Source: Myxococcota bacterium
Lineage (GTDB): Bacteria > Myxococcota_A > Polyangia > Nannocystales > Nannocystaceae
Assembly: GCA_039028615.1 (NCBI GenBank)
Contig: JBCCHT010000003.1
Span: forward strand, 192,001-256,000
Reading direction: 5' to 3'
DNA length: 64,000 nt
This document shows, one piece after another, positions 27,845 to 37,173 of the stretch (its first letter is position 1; each line of letters begins with the position of its first letter). The notes beneath the pieces are model-generated. The model saw nothing but the letters and a program-made list of their open reading frames with translations, was not told the origin of the DNA and searched no databases. A program made the position numbers and the translations under genes.

Positions 27845-29119
27845 GTGACGAGCGACGAGCCCGACGATCTCCAGAGCCTCGAGGCCCAGCGTGTCTTCGC
27901 CAGTGTGGCGCGGTCGCTGCTCGGGGAGACCGTCTCGCTGCCCACCATCGGTCGCTTCGAGGTACGAGAGCGCCTGGGCTCGGGGGGCATGGGCGAGGTG
28001 TATGGGGCTTTCGACCCGGAGCACCGCCGAGACGTCGCGCTGAAGTTTCTTCGCAACGACTTGGGGGCGGACTCCGAGGCGGTGACGCGGCTCAAGCGAG
28101 AGGCCCGGGCGCTGGCGCGGCTCGAGCACCCCAACGTCGTGAAGGTCTACGAGGTCGGGGTCAGCGAGGACCGGGTATTCATCGCCATGGAGCGGCTGCG
28201 GGGGCAGACGCTGTCGGCCGAGCTCGAGCGCGACGGAGCCCTCTCCGTGACCCGGGCGTGGTCGGTGCTCTCACAGCTGTGTGCCGCCGTCGGCCGGGCC
28301 CACGCGGAGGGCATCATTCATCGCGATCTCAAGCCGGCCAACATCTTCTCGCACGAGGGGCCGCCCCCGCGCGTCAAGGTGCTCGACTTCGGCATTGCCA
28401 AGGGGGTCGGCAAGGGCACGCTCGAGGCCTCCACCGCGAGCGGCACGGTGATGGGCACGCCATTTTACATGAGCCCGGAACAAGCGCGGGACTCGACCAA
28501 GATCGATCACCGCTGCGACCTGTGGGCGGTGGCGATCATCGCCTACGAGTGCGTGGTGGGGCGGCGGCCCTTCGTGGCGGACAACCTGGCCAAGCTCGCG
28601 GTGGAGCTGTTGACCAAGGACTTGCCCGTGCCCTCCGCGCAGGCCGATGTGCCCCCCGGCTTCGACGCGTGGTTCGCTCGTGCGGCCCATCGGGACCTGG
28701 AGCAGCGCTACGGGTCGGCGGCCGAGCTGGTGCGGGGCCTGGCCGAGGTCTTCGGTCAGTCGCCACCCGCGTGGGCACAGCAAGACGCGCCTCGAAGTCG
28801 GGTGCCATGGATCGCGGGCGTCATCGTGGTGGCGGTCGGCGTCGGGGCGGCATTGTGGCTGGCGGGTGGGAATGAAAGGCAGGCTCCGCGCCCGCCGAAG
28901 GCCCCGTCGCCTGTCGTTTCGCCTCCCGTATCGGCTTCGACGTCGGGCTCGGCGGCAGAGCCCGCCTCGGAGGCCGATACATCGACCCCGTCCGCAGCGT
29001 CGACCACCGCGGCGACCCCCGCCGACTCCACGGGCTCCGACGCACCCCGCCCTCAGCCGCGCCCGCCTCGGCCCACCAAGCCCAAGCCGAAGCCCGACGT
29101 CGACGACCTCGAGTTCTGA
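27845..29119 (+). CDS. Membrane Ser/Thr protein kinase (C-terminus VDDLEF)
   Basis: LGSGGMGEV, VALK, HRDLKPAN, DFG, GTPFYMSPEQ, TM segment, Pro/Ser-rich tail. Confidence 0.92.
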   Translation: MTSDEPDDLQSLEAQRVFASVARSLLGETVSLPTIGRFEVRERLGSGGMGEVYGAFDPEHRRDVALKFLRNDLGADSEAVTRLKREARALARLEHPNVVKVYEVGVSEDRVFIAMERLRGQTLSAELERDGALSVTRAWSVLSQLCAAVGRAHAEGIIHRDLKPANIFSHEGPPPRVKVLDFGIAKGVGKGTLEASTASGTVMGTPFYMSPEQARDSTKIDHRCDLWAVAIIAYECVVGRRPFVADNLAKLAVELLTKDLPVPSAQADVPPGFDAWFARAAHRDLEQRYGSAAELVRGLAEVFGQSPPAWAQQDAPRSRVPWIAGVIVVAVGVGAALWLAGGNERQAPRPPKAPSPVVSPPVSASTSGSAAEPASEADTSTPSAASTTAATPADSTGSDAPRPQPRPPRPTKPKPKPDVDDLEF

Positions 29120-29120
29120 C

Positions 29121-29744
29121 TCAGGAGCTCGAGCCGCCGCCGGCCGCTTCGCGCAGCGACGCCGCCCAGCGCTCGAGGTTGCCCGTGGTCGAGGCCAGCG
29201 GATCGGCGTTGCCCCGCAGCTGCTTCATGCAGGTCCCCAGCGCCTCTTTGGCCCGTCGCAGCCGGCTGCGCACGCCCGGCTCGCCCAGGCCCAGCACCTC
29301 GGCCATCTCCGGCCCGGTCAGGCCTTCCCACAGGTGCAGCTCCAGCGCGATCTGGTAGTCGAGCGGGATGCGACGCAGCGCCTCGAGCAACAGCCGCTGC
29401 TCCACCTTGTCGGCGATGATCGAGCTGGGCGAGGGCGCCAGGTCCATGGCGCTGTGGTCGGTGAAGTCGATGGGGTCGTCCTTGCGGCGGCGACGGCGAA
29501 ACTCGTTGTAGAGCACGTTGCGGGCGGTCCCCAGCAGGAACGCGCGGAAGCTGGCGTCGCGACGAAAGCGAGTGTGGGTCTCGACGCAGGCGAGGAAGGT
29601 CTGCTGTACGAGGTCTTCGGATCCGGTGGTGATCTTGTTGTTGAAGAAACGAAACACCGCACGGAAGTGCCGGCGAAAGAGCTGGCCTCCCGCCTCCCGG
29701 TCTCCGGCTGCCCAGGCATCGAGCAGATCGAAGTCACTCGTCAC
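29121..29744 (-). CDS. ECF RNA polymerase sigma-70 factor
   Basis: DLLDAWAAGDREA, EDLVQQTFL, FRAFLLGTARN, region 4 EGLTGPEMAEVLG...VRSRLRRA; GTG start at 29744. Confidence 0.9.
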   Translation of the reverse strand: MTSDFDLLDAWAAGDREAGGQLFRRHFRAVFRFFNNKITTGSEDLVQQTFLACVETHTRFRRDASFRAFLLGTARNVLYNEFRRRRRKDDPIDFTDHSAMDLAPSPSSIIADKVEQRLLLEALRRIPLDYQIALELHLWEGLTGPEMAEVLGLGEPGVRSRLRRAKEALGTCMKQLRGNADPLASTTGNLERWAASLREAAGGGSSS

Positions 29745-29827
29745 CCCGCGATCGTAGACCAACCCGGCGCGCGCAAGGCGAGTTCGGCCGACAAGGCCCT
29801 CCAACGGGCGATCAACCCGCCAAGCGG

Positions 29828-29850
29828 GCATTGGGCGAACTGCCCAATGC
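29828..29850. promoter_or_regulatory. Inverted repeat between divergent genes (putative operator)
   Basis: GCATTGGGC-N5-GCCCAATGC. Confidence 0.4.
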
Positions 29851-29928
29851 GGTCGCGGCCCGGCGCGCAGCGGGCCGAGATCATTATCGTCGCCGCGATG
29901 GAACGCTTCGTGCTCTTGCGTAGCCCCG

Positions 29929-31020
29929 ATGGCGACCAGGGGTTTGTGCGGAGTGATGGCGATCGGTTTGGCCTTGGCCTGCGGCGGCGACGAGTCCCGC
30001 CCGGTCGCACCGCCGTGGGGCGGTCTCGATGGCAGCGGCCTCGATGGTGCGGCCGACGACCAAGACGGCGGCAGCGTGGGCGAAGACCCCGCGGGAGGCT
30101 CGGGCACCGCCAGCACGCCCGGCACCGGTCCGGCGGGGTCCTCGGGCACCGCGGCGGACGACGATGGCACGGCGGGCGACGGGGCGGACGACGGCAGCGG
30201 GCCTCCCTCGGGCGACTGCCCTGCGAACTGCTACTGCGAGCCCTTCGACGCCACCGCGGACATCGCCGATCTCGAGGCGTCGTTTGCCAGCGACAATTGG
30301 GCGGAGGTCATGATCGGGGTGCTCGCCCGGCGCTACCCGGCCGGCGCCGACCTGCTGGTGGAGATGCAAGATGACCCCTGGTTCGGCGCGTTCACGGACA
30401 CCAGCAGCTTCACGGGATTGATGGACTCGGTCATGACCGAAGTGCACGAGGGTACCCATGGCTGGGACTACGACCATGCGTTTGGCCAGCCCTACTTCGG
30501 CTACTGGCTGCGCTCGGACCTCATCTTCGAGCCCACCAAGATCGACGGATTTCCCCGCGCCGAGATCGCGCCCATGCTCGTCGACGACTCGACCTCGCTG
30601 TACGCGGGCACCTATCTCACCGGTACTCAGGGCACCTACGGCTTCTATGAGCTGCTCGACGAGATGAACAGCTACATCAACGGCATGGGGGGCATCGCGG
30701 CGGTGGGCGAGCACATCCCGTGGGGCATCAGCGGTCGCGATGGCGCTGTGGCCTTCATGTACTACCTGGAGCTGTATCTGCGACGGGCTCGGACGACATA
30801 CCCCGAGCTTTATGCGCAGATGCAGGCCGAGTCCGAGTACGTGGACCTGATTCGGACGCAGTGGCTGCGCCTTCACTTCTTGCTCGAGCAGGCGGACGGA
30901 CATCCCCACCTGGGCATCCACGACGCCGAGATCCGCGCCCACATGCACGAGCCCAGCAATATGGCGGAGATCGAGATGTTCGTCGGCCAGCCGATCGACG
31001 CCTCGAACTGCCTTCCGTAG
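29929..31020 (+). CDS. Lipoprotein with HExxH zinc-metallopeptidase-like motif
   Basis: Lipobox LALAC; TEVHEGTHG plus downstream LLDEMNSY (possible third Glu ligand). Confidence 0.6.
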   Translation: MATRGLCGVMAIGLALACGGDESRPVAPPWGGLDGSGLDGAADDQDGGSVGEDPAGGSGTASTPGTGPAGSSGTAADDDGTAGDGADDGSGPPSGDCPANCYCEPFDATADIADLEASFASDNWAEVMIGVLARRYPAGADLLVEMQDDPWFGAFTDTSSFTGLMDSVMTEVHEGTHGWDYDHAFGQPYFGYWLRSDLIFEPTKIDGFPRAEIAPMLVDDSTSLYAGTYLTGTQGTYGFYELLDEMNSYINGMGGIAAVGEHIPWGISGRDGAVAFMYYLELYLRRARTTYPELYAQMQAESEYVDLIRTQWLRLHFLLEQADGHPHLGIHDAEIRAHMHEPSNMAEIEMFVGQPIDASNCLP

Positions 31021-31055
31021 CGCTCGGTCGCCCAAAAGTCTGTTAGGGTGGTGGT

Positions 31056-31643
31056 ATGACAGTGCCGCCGTCTGACGACGAGCCCCGCGACGAGGACGGC
31101 ACCTCGGCGTCCGCCGATCCCGATCGCGCCGCGATCTTGGCTCGTCGTCAGCGTTTCATCGCGCTCGCGCTGACCGGCCTGGCCTCCACCGGTTGCGAGA
31201 AGCCGACCAAAAAACCCGGCGGCGAGGTGCACCAAGGCCAGGACGACGCGGGCAAGGCCTGCCTGAAGGTCGCCGCGCCCATTCTGGACGTGGGCACGCC
31301 CCAGCCGTGCCTCGAGGTGGCCGAGCCGCCCGCGCCCGAGCCCGGGGGCGAAGACGATGCCACGCCGCAGCCGTGTCTGATGGTGATCCCCGATCCGCCG
31401 CCCAAGGACGACGGGGGCAACGACGACGACGCCGCACCCCGACCCTGCCTCAACATCGCACCGCCGCCCGATCCAGAGCCCGGCGGTGACGACGATGCCA
31501 CGCCGCGCCCGTGTCTTCGGGTCGCGCAGCCACCCCCCGATCCCAAGCCGCAGCCGTGCCTGCGGGTGGCGCCTCCGCCCGAGCCCGAGCCCGCCCCACC
31601 GCGGCCCTGCTTGAAGATCGCCAAGCCCAGACCCGACAAGTGA
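31056..31643 (+). CDS. Pro/Asp-rich protein with 7 (P-x-P)-C-L-x-[VI] repeats; candidate multi-core modification substrate/lipoprotein
   Basis: ARRQRFIALALTGLASTGC signal/lipobox, then KACLKVA, PQPCLEVA, PQPCLMVI, PRPCLNIA, PRPCLRVA, PQPCLRVA, PRPCLKIA. Confidence 0.75.
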   Translation: MTVPPSDDEPRDEDGTSASADPDRAAILARRQRFIALALTGLASTGCEKPTKKPGGEVHQGQDDAGKACLKVAAPILDVGTPQPCLEVAEPPAPEPGGEDDATPQPCLMVIPDPPPKDDGGNDDDAAPRPCLNIAPPPDPEPGGDDDATPRPCLRVAQPPPDPKPQPCLRVAPPPEPEPAPPRPCLKIAKPRPDK

Positions 31644-32512
31644 TCGCGGCCCCAGCGAGCGACTTTACCGAGCTGGTCCTCCACTGCCTGGCGCACCTCC
31701 GGTCGCCCGGGCCGGAGGACGTCTTCGATGCTGGTTATGTGGAGTGGGTGGGTCACCACGCGCCGACGGCCCACCTCGCGGCATTGGATGTGGGTCTCGG
31801 TCGACTCCAGCGTCATTGGAGCACGGGAAAGGTGCCCGTGGTGGTCCAGGCCTGGCCCGAGCTGTTCCCCACGATTGCGGCCTTTCGCGAGGTCGGGCCA
31901 GGGCCGCTGAAGTCGTTGGCCCCCTCGCAAGTCGCCGGGGCGTCGGTCTTGGGCTGGCTGCAGCGCGCCGACGAGACGATCGTGGAGTCCGTGCACGCGA
32001 CGCTGCTGGAGCTGATGCCCACGTTCGAGGGATGGCATCGGGACGTCGTGCGGCCGCAGCTCTCGGCGGCGATGCAGAGCACGGCGCCGTGGCTCGAGCA
32101 GGCGGTCCAGCTCATGCCTTCGCTCGCGCAGCGAACCATCGAGCAGACCTCGGCCCTCGGTCGGCACGGTCGTGGCCTGCCTTCGCGCATCCTCATCGGG
32201 GCGGCGCTGCCCTTCAACGGCCTCGAGCCCCAGGTGCCCGCGATCTTGGCCCTGCACGAGGAGTCGGTGCACCGCGCGGGCTCGGGCGACTACCACGAGG
32301 TCGAGTGGCGAGCGCTGGTCGGACTGACGCATCGCATGCAGGGCGCCGAGCCGTCGCTGCGGGCGGCGCATGCCCAATGGCTGAGCTCGTTGAACCTCGT
32401 GTCGGTGCTCGACGCCGCCGTGGCCCGGGACGAGCTCGACGCGGCCGGGCGCCAGCAGCTGCTCGCCGAGCCGCTAGCTCGGGCCCAGCGGTTGCTGACC
32501 CTGGGCGGGTGA
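31640..32512 (+). CDS. Hypothetical protein coupled to the repeat protein; HExxxH-like motif
   Basis: GTG start overlaps upstream TGA (GTGA); LALHEESVH...YHEVEW. Confidence 0.55.
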   Translation: MIAAPASDFTELVLHCLAHLRSPGPEDVFDAGYVEWVGHHAPTAHLAALDVGLGRLQRHWSTGKVPVVVQAWPELFPTIAAFREVGPGPLKSLAPSQVAGASVLGWLQRADETIVESVHATLLELMPTFEGWHRDVVRPQLSAAMQSTAPWLEQAVQLMPSLAQRTIEQTSALGRHGRGLPSRILIGAALPFNGLEPQVPAILALHEESVHRAGSGDYHEVEWRALVGLTHRMQGAEPSLRAAHAQWLSSLNLVSVLDAAVARDELDAAGRQQLLAEPLARAQRLLTLGG

Positions 32513-33811
32513 GGGGCGAGTGTCGCGACCGCGTCGACCACGGCGAGGCTCGGGGCCCAGCGTCGGCAGCATGAAGTTGTGCACCGTGGCGGCATCGATG
32601 AGTTCCTGCTTCAACCCGCGCCTCCCCTCGTGCAGCTTGCGTTGACGGAGTCGCTGGGTGATCTGTGTTTCCAAGGCTTCGCGAGGCAGGTCGCCGGCCG
32701 GCCAGCGACCGGTGAGCATGATGATGTGGAAGCCGAACTTGGTCTTCACCGGCTTGGAGACCTGGCCGACCTTCATGGAGAAGGCTTTGTCGGAGAACGA
32801 CTCCACCATGCGGTTGTGGGTGAAGACGCCGATGTCGCCGCCCTTGCGCGCGCTGGGGCCCTCCGAGTGCTCGCGGGCGAGCTCGGCGAAGTCGGCCTTG
32901 GGCTGGATTGCCCGCTTGTAGAGCTTCTGGGCCTTGCGACGCGCCTCCTTGGTCCAGCGGGCGATCTCGGCATCGCTGGGCGGAGGGCCGTTGGTCCCCC
33001 GGCGGCTCTCGGGTCCGATGGGCACGAGGATGTGTGACGCTCGTACTCGAGGCTGGTCCGAGTGCCAGTTGTGTCGGACCCTCTCGTATTCCTCGTCGAT
33101 TTCGGCGTCGGTGACGGTGACGCGGCCCATCTGCTCGAGGAGCGCCACTTCCCGCAGCTCCGCGATGTTGATCGCACGGAGCGACGCTTCGGTTTCCCCG
33201 CGCCGCTCGAGGTGTTTGAGCCAGTCTCGAATGCCGCGCTTTTGCTCTGCCGTGCGTGCCTCGAGAGCGGCCTGGTCGTAGTCGACCCCCGCTTTGGCGA
33301 CGCGTTGGGCCAGGATCTCGTGATAGACGAGCCGCTCGGCGATCGACTTGCGGTAGCGGCGGTCGGCCGACGGTGGAATCGTGCGGCCGCGGTCGGCGTA
33401 CTTCTTGACCTTGAGATCGTAGATGGCCGAAAACTCGGTCATCGGAATCTCGACCGTGTCGACGATGGCCAGCGTCCCCACGGGCATCGGGCCGAGGGGC
33501 GGAGAGGCACGACGGGACGAAGCGCGGGGCAGCTCGGCCGGGGCGGGGCGGGGGTCGAATCGCTCCGGTTCACCGGGCTCGGCAACCGCACCCGGGCTCG
33601 CGGGGGGCTCGGGTGAGGCCGGTGTGGGCTCGGAGTTCGTGACCTCGGGTTCGGGCTCGGGCTCCGCAGTCGCGGGCTCGACCGACGCGGTGGTCTCGGG
33701 CGAGGTGGTCTCCTTCGGCGTGGCGGAGCACGAGATCGTCAGCGACAGCGCGATGATTGCGGGCCCGTGGACGAACGCGAGGCGAGCGGGGAACACAGCC
33801 ATGACGATCAA
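32474..33811 (-). CDS. Parvulin/PpiC-type peptidyl-prolyl cis-trans isomerase (SurA/PrsA-like lipoprotein)
   Basis: RVRASHIL, DFAELAREHSEGPSARKGGDIG, FSMKVGQVSKPVKTKFGFHII; signal ending TISC. Confidence 0.9.
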   Translation of the reverse strand: MIVMAVFPARLAFVHGPAIIALSLTISCSATPKETTSPETTASVEPATAEPEPEPEVTNSEPTPASPEPPASPGAVAEPGEPERFDPRPAPAELPRASSRRASPPLGPMPVGTLAIVDTVEIPMTEFSAIYDLKVKKYADRGRTIPPSADRRYRKSIAERLVYHEILAQRVAKAGVDYDQAALEARTAEQKRGIRDWLKHLERRGETEASLRAINIAELREVALLEQMGRVTVTDAEIDEEYERVRHNWHSDQPRVRASHILVPIGPESRRGTNGPPPSDAEIARWTKEARRKAQKLYKRAIQPKADFAELAREHSEGPSARKGGDIGVFTHNRMVESFSDKAFSMKVGQVSKPVKTKFGFHIIMLTGRWPAGDLPREALETQITQRLRQRKLHEGRRGLKQELIDAATVHNFMLPTLGPEPRRGRRGRDTRPSPAQGQQPLGPS

Positions 33812-33868
33812 TCATCGCCCCTGCCTTCGAATCGAGCAAAGCGGTGATGCGGCCGGAAGGGGTCCCGA

Positions 33869-36100
33869 TCAGTCGAGCACGCGCAGGTGGGTCGCTGGCT
33901 TCGTTGCGGTCGGCGGCGGCTCGACGATGGGCTCGGGCCGGGCGGGTGCCTCGGTGCGGGCCGGCACGTAGCGAACGGCGTGCAGCCAGGTCTGCTCTGG
34001 GCCTTCGGGCGAGAGCACCGTGCGACACATCCGCAGGACGCCCTCGTGGTGAATGGGGGCGACGATGACCGTGCCGGGCTCGAACACCTCCAACCACGCG
34101 GTCGGGAACTGTTCGAGAGCAAAGCCCACCGTGACCTTGCGAAGCCGTCGGGCGCCGGGGGGCCACTGCTCGGGGTCCAGCGCATTGGCGGCCACCGCCT
34201 CGATCCCGCGGGCCTCCATCTCGGGCCGCGTGCGCTCGACGAGCTCGGGGTCGATCTCGATGGAGATGATCGTGCCTTCGTCGCCGACCAGCTCGCGTAG
34301 CAATGCCGCGCCGTAGCCCGTGCCCGAGCCGAGATCGAGCACGCCATCGCCTGGTTGCAGATCGAGCTGGGCATAGGCCAGCGCATAGGCATGCATCGCG
34401 CTGACGGTGGAGGCCCCGGTGTCGTCGAGCCGAATGGCGATGTCGCGGGTGCTGTCGTCGAGTGCCTCGACGGGCACGAATCGCTCCCGCGGCACCTTCA
34501 CGATCGCATCCAAGATCGCGTGGTCGGGGGGAAGCTGGGCGACCTTGGCAATCGCCTTGCGACGGGCCGCGCGTCGACGCTGGGCGACCTCGGCCAATGC
34601 GACGTGCTCCCGCCGTTGTCGCTGAGCGTCGCGCCGCCGACCGAGATAGCCGTGCCACGCGTAGTAGCGCTCGAACGAGTGCATGCGCGACGCGGGCCCC
34701 GAGTACGCGAGCTGGTCTCGAATTGCCCGCATGAAGTAGTCGCGCGCCGAGCCCTGGTAGACGAAGTGGGACTCCATCTCGGCCAAGATCGGCGTGAACA
34801 GCTCGTGCTGAAGCGACTCGCGCTGGGCCCAGGTGAGCTCGGAGCTGGGGTCGACCCACTCGGCGAGGAACTCGGGATCGCCATCGTCCCACCAGTGGGG
34901 GCGATGAAAGCGGGTGCCGTAGCGTTGCTCGTAGGTGGTGCGCTCGGCATCGATGGGCGAGCCGGGGTAGAGCCGGAACGGATCGATCGACAAAAAGCCC
35001 GTGGTGCCCTGCGGCTGCAGGAACAGCTGGCGCAGGTAGTCGGCGCTGCGCCGCATGGAATCCGGGGTCTCGCCCGGGTGTCCGCAGATCACGTTGGCGC
35101 CCCACGGCACCTGATGACCACGCGCCTGCTCGGCGATGTCGAGCATCCGCTCGAGGTAGCTATCGAGGCGTCCCGACTTGCGGATGATCGACAAAAGCCC
35201 CGGGTCGCCGGACTCGAGCCCGAAGCCCAGGCCACAGTTGGCGGCGGAGAACAGCCGCAGGTCCTCGTCTTCGACCAGATCGACCCGGATCAGCAGCCAG
35301 TACTTCTCCACCGGGTAGCCGCGCTGGGCCAGGCCCTCGAGGAACTGCCGACGCCAGCGCTTCTTCATGCCGAACAGCGCGTCGCCGAAGTACAGGGTCC
35401 AGCTGCGCAGGTCGATGAAGCGGTGCAGGCTGTCGATTTCCTCGAGCGCGCGGTCGACCGAGAGGCTGCGCCACGAGACCTCTCGCTTCGCTCGCTCCAT
35501 GCAGAACGCACAGTCGAAGGGGCAGCCGCGCGACAGGTAGACTTGGGCCTGCGAAGCGTAGCTACGGGCCACGTCGCGGTAGCGGGCGAGCAGAGACCAG
35601 TCGGAGGGCGGGAGCTCGTCGAGGTCGTCGATGGCCTCGGGGCCGAGCATGACGCCGCGCAGGGGCTCGCCCCCGGCCACCGACTCCACGATGCGGGCCA
35701 GCGGTTTCTCGCCTTCGCCGACCACCACCACATCGAAGGGCGAGGCCTCGTCGATATAGCCCAGCGGCCGTGCGCTCGGGTGATAGCCCCCGGCCACGAT
35801 GACGGTGTCGGGCCAGCGGGTACGGGCAAGCTGAGCGATGGCCTCGCAGGGGAGGTGGTCGAAGCTCGAGTAGATGCTGATGGCGATGACGTCGTAGCCG
35901 TGACCCTCGTCGCCGTCGATGATGGTGTCGAGCGAGGTCCCCAGGCGCCGCTCCATGGCGAGGTCGCGGATCTCGACCTCCACGTTGCCCTGCGTGCGCA
36001 GGTAGGTGCCCAGCAGCACCAGCTGAGGGACGCCGAAGTTGCCCGCCGCAGCGCCCTCGCTGCCGGGCCACAGCAGCAGCACGCGGACCGGTCGGCTCAT
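33869..36100 (-). CDS. Cobalamin-binding radical SAM protein fused to a C-terminal protein-L-isoaspartate O-methyltransferase (PIMT)-like domain
   Basis: B12-binding N-terminus (VAGGYHPS, DVVVVGEGE), SRGCPFDCAFC, FGLESG, GHPGET; C-terminus VPRERFV...TVSA...VLDLGSGTGYGAALL...SIEID...VRYVP; ATGA-coupled to upstream gene. Confidence 0.88.
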   Translation of the reverse strand: MSRPVRVLLLWPGSEGAAAGNFGVPQLVLLGTYLRTQGNVEVEIRDLAMERRLGTSLDTIIDGDEGHGYDVIAISIYSSFDHLPCEAIAQLARTRWPDTVIVAGGYHPSARPLGYIDEASPFDVVVVGEGEKPLARIVESVAGGEPLRGVMLGPEAIDDLDELPPSDWSLLARYRDVARSYASQAQVYLSRGCPFDCAFCMERAKREVSWRSLSVDRALEEIDSLHRFIDLRSWTLYFGDALFGMKKRWRRQFLEGLAQRGYPVEKYWLLIRVDLVEDEDLRLFSAANCGLGFGLESGDPGLLSIIRKSGRLDSYLERMLDIAEQARGHQVPWGANVICGHPGETPDSMRRSADYLRQLFLQPQGTTGFLSIDPFRLYPGSPIDAERTTYEQRYGTRFHRPHWWDDGDPEFLAEWVDPSSELTWAQRESLQHELFTPILAEMESHFVYQGSARDYFMRAIRDQLAYSGPASRMHSFERYYAWHGYLGRRRDAQRQRREHVALAEVAQRRRAARRKAIAKVAQLPPDHAILDAIVKVPRERFVPVEALDDSTRDIAIRLDDTGASTVSAMHAYALAYAQLDLQPGDGVLDLGSGTGYGAALLRELVGDEGTIISIEIDPELVERTRPEMEARGIEAVAANALDPEQWPPGARRLRKVTVGFALEQFPTAWLEVFEPGTVIVAPIHHEGVLRMCRTVLSPEGPEQTWLHAVRYVPARTEAPARPEPIVEPPPTATKPATHLRVLD

Positions 36101-37173
36101 GTCACCACCGGCAACGACGCCGAGCCGCGCCGGGACTGCCGGAGGCGATCGGCAAAGGCATCGTCGACGTGCTGCGCGACGAAGGGGTCGAGGCCCCGCG
36201 GGTTGCCCAGCACCGAGGCTGCGGCCGCTCCACACCCGCCGAGGCAGTTGCTGCGGTGCGGGCAGGGGGCGCAGAACTCCGGGGTCACGTCGCGGTAGCC
36301 GGTCAGCGCCGGGGCCTCGAGCATCTCGTCGAAGGACTGGGTCCGCACGTCGCCCAGCGACTCGGTGTGCAGCGTGCAGGAGCGCAGCTCCCCGGAGGGC
36401 CCGAGGGCGAGCTCTTGCGCTTCGGTGCCGATGGGGCAGCCGCCGAAGGTGACGTGCGGGTAGTCGGCGTGATCGATGACGCAGGGCGGCACGGGCATGG
36501 TGACCTGCAGGTCGAGCCCGTGCTGCTCACCCCGGGGCTCGGCGTGCTGCAGCGCGGTGATCATGTCGCCCCGCGAGGGCAGCAGGTTCGCCACGTGGGC
36601 GGCGGCGTAGCCTGCGGGAGAAAAGCGCGACAGGGCGATGAGCTGGACGTCGAGTTCGACGAACAGATCGAGGATGTCTCCGACCCGGTCCGCGTTGCGG
36701 CGGGTGACGACGATGCAGCCGGCCACGCGCACGCCGTGACGACGCAGGGCCTTGATGCCTTCGATGGTCTTGTCGAAGTGCTCGCCGCCGACGTGCTCGT
36801 CGTGCATCTGCGCCTCGGCCCCGTTGAGCGTGACCTGGATGCAGCGGATCGGGTACGCGGACAGGCGCTGGGCCAGCGCGTCGTCGACCAGGCCGCCGTT
36901 GGAGATGATCTGCACGTCGACCCCGTGGTCGCGGCACAGGTCGAGCACGTCGAACACATCGTGGCGGGCGAAGGTCTCGCCGCCCGTGAGCGTCACGTGG
37001 TCGAGCTCCAGCTCGGTGAGCGCCCGCGTGACCGCGGCCATGAGGTCTTCGTGGGACAGTGCCCCGATCGAGCGGCCGTTGTCCTCCCGCCAGGCGTTGT
37101 AACAGTAGCTACAGCGCTGATTGCAGTGGCTGGTCAGCTCGATCGCGATCGAGTGGACGGCGCGACGCTTCAC
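36097..37173 (-). CDS. Radical SAM/SPASM domain protein
   Basis: ELTSHCNQRCSYC, TGGE; SPASM GCPIG...GPSGELRSC...CAPCPHRSNCLGGC. Confidence 0.9.
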   Translation of the reverse strand: MKRRAVHSIAIELTSHCNQRCSYCYNAWREDNGRSIGALSHEDLMAAVTRALTELELDHVTLTGGETFARHDVFDVLDLCRDHGVDVQIISNGGLVDDALAQRLSAYPIRCIQVTLNGAEAQMHDEHVGGEHFDKTIEGIKALRRHGVRVAGCIVVTRRNADRVGDILDLFVELDVQLIALSRFSPAGYAAAHVANLLPSRGDMITALQHAEPRGEQHGLDLQVTMPVPPCVIDHADYPHVTFGGCPIGTEAQELALGPSGELRSCTLHTESLGDVRTQSFDEMLEAPALTGYRDVTPEFCAPCPHRSNCLGGCGAAAASVLGNPRGLDPFVAQHVDDAFADRLRQSRRGSASLPVVT

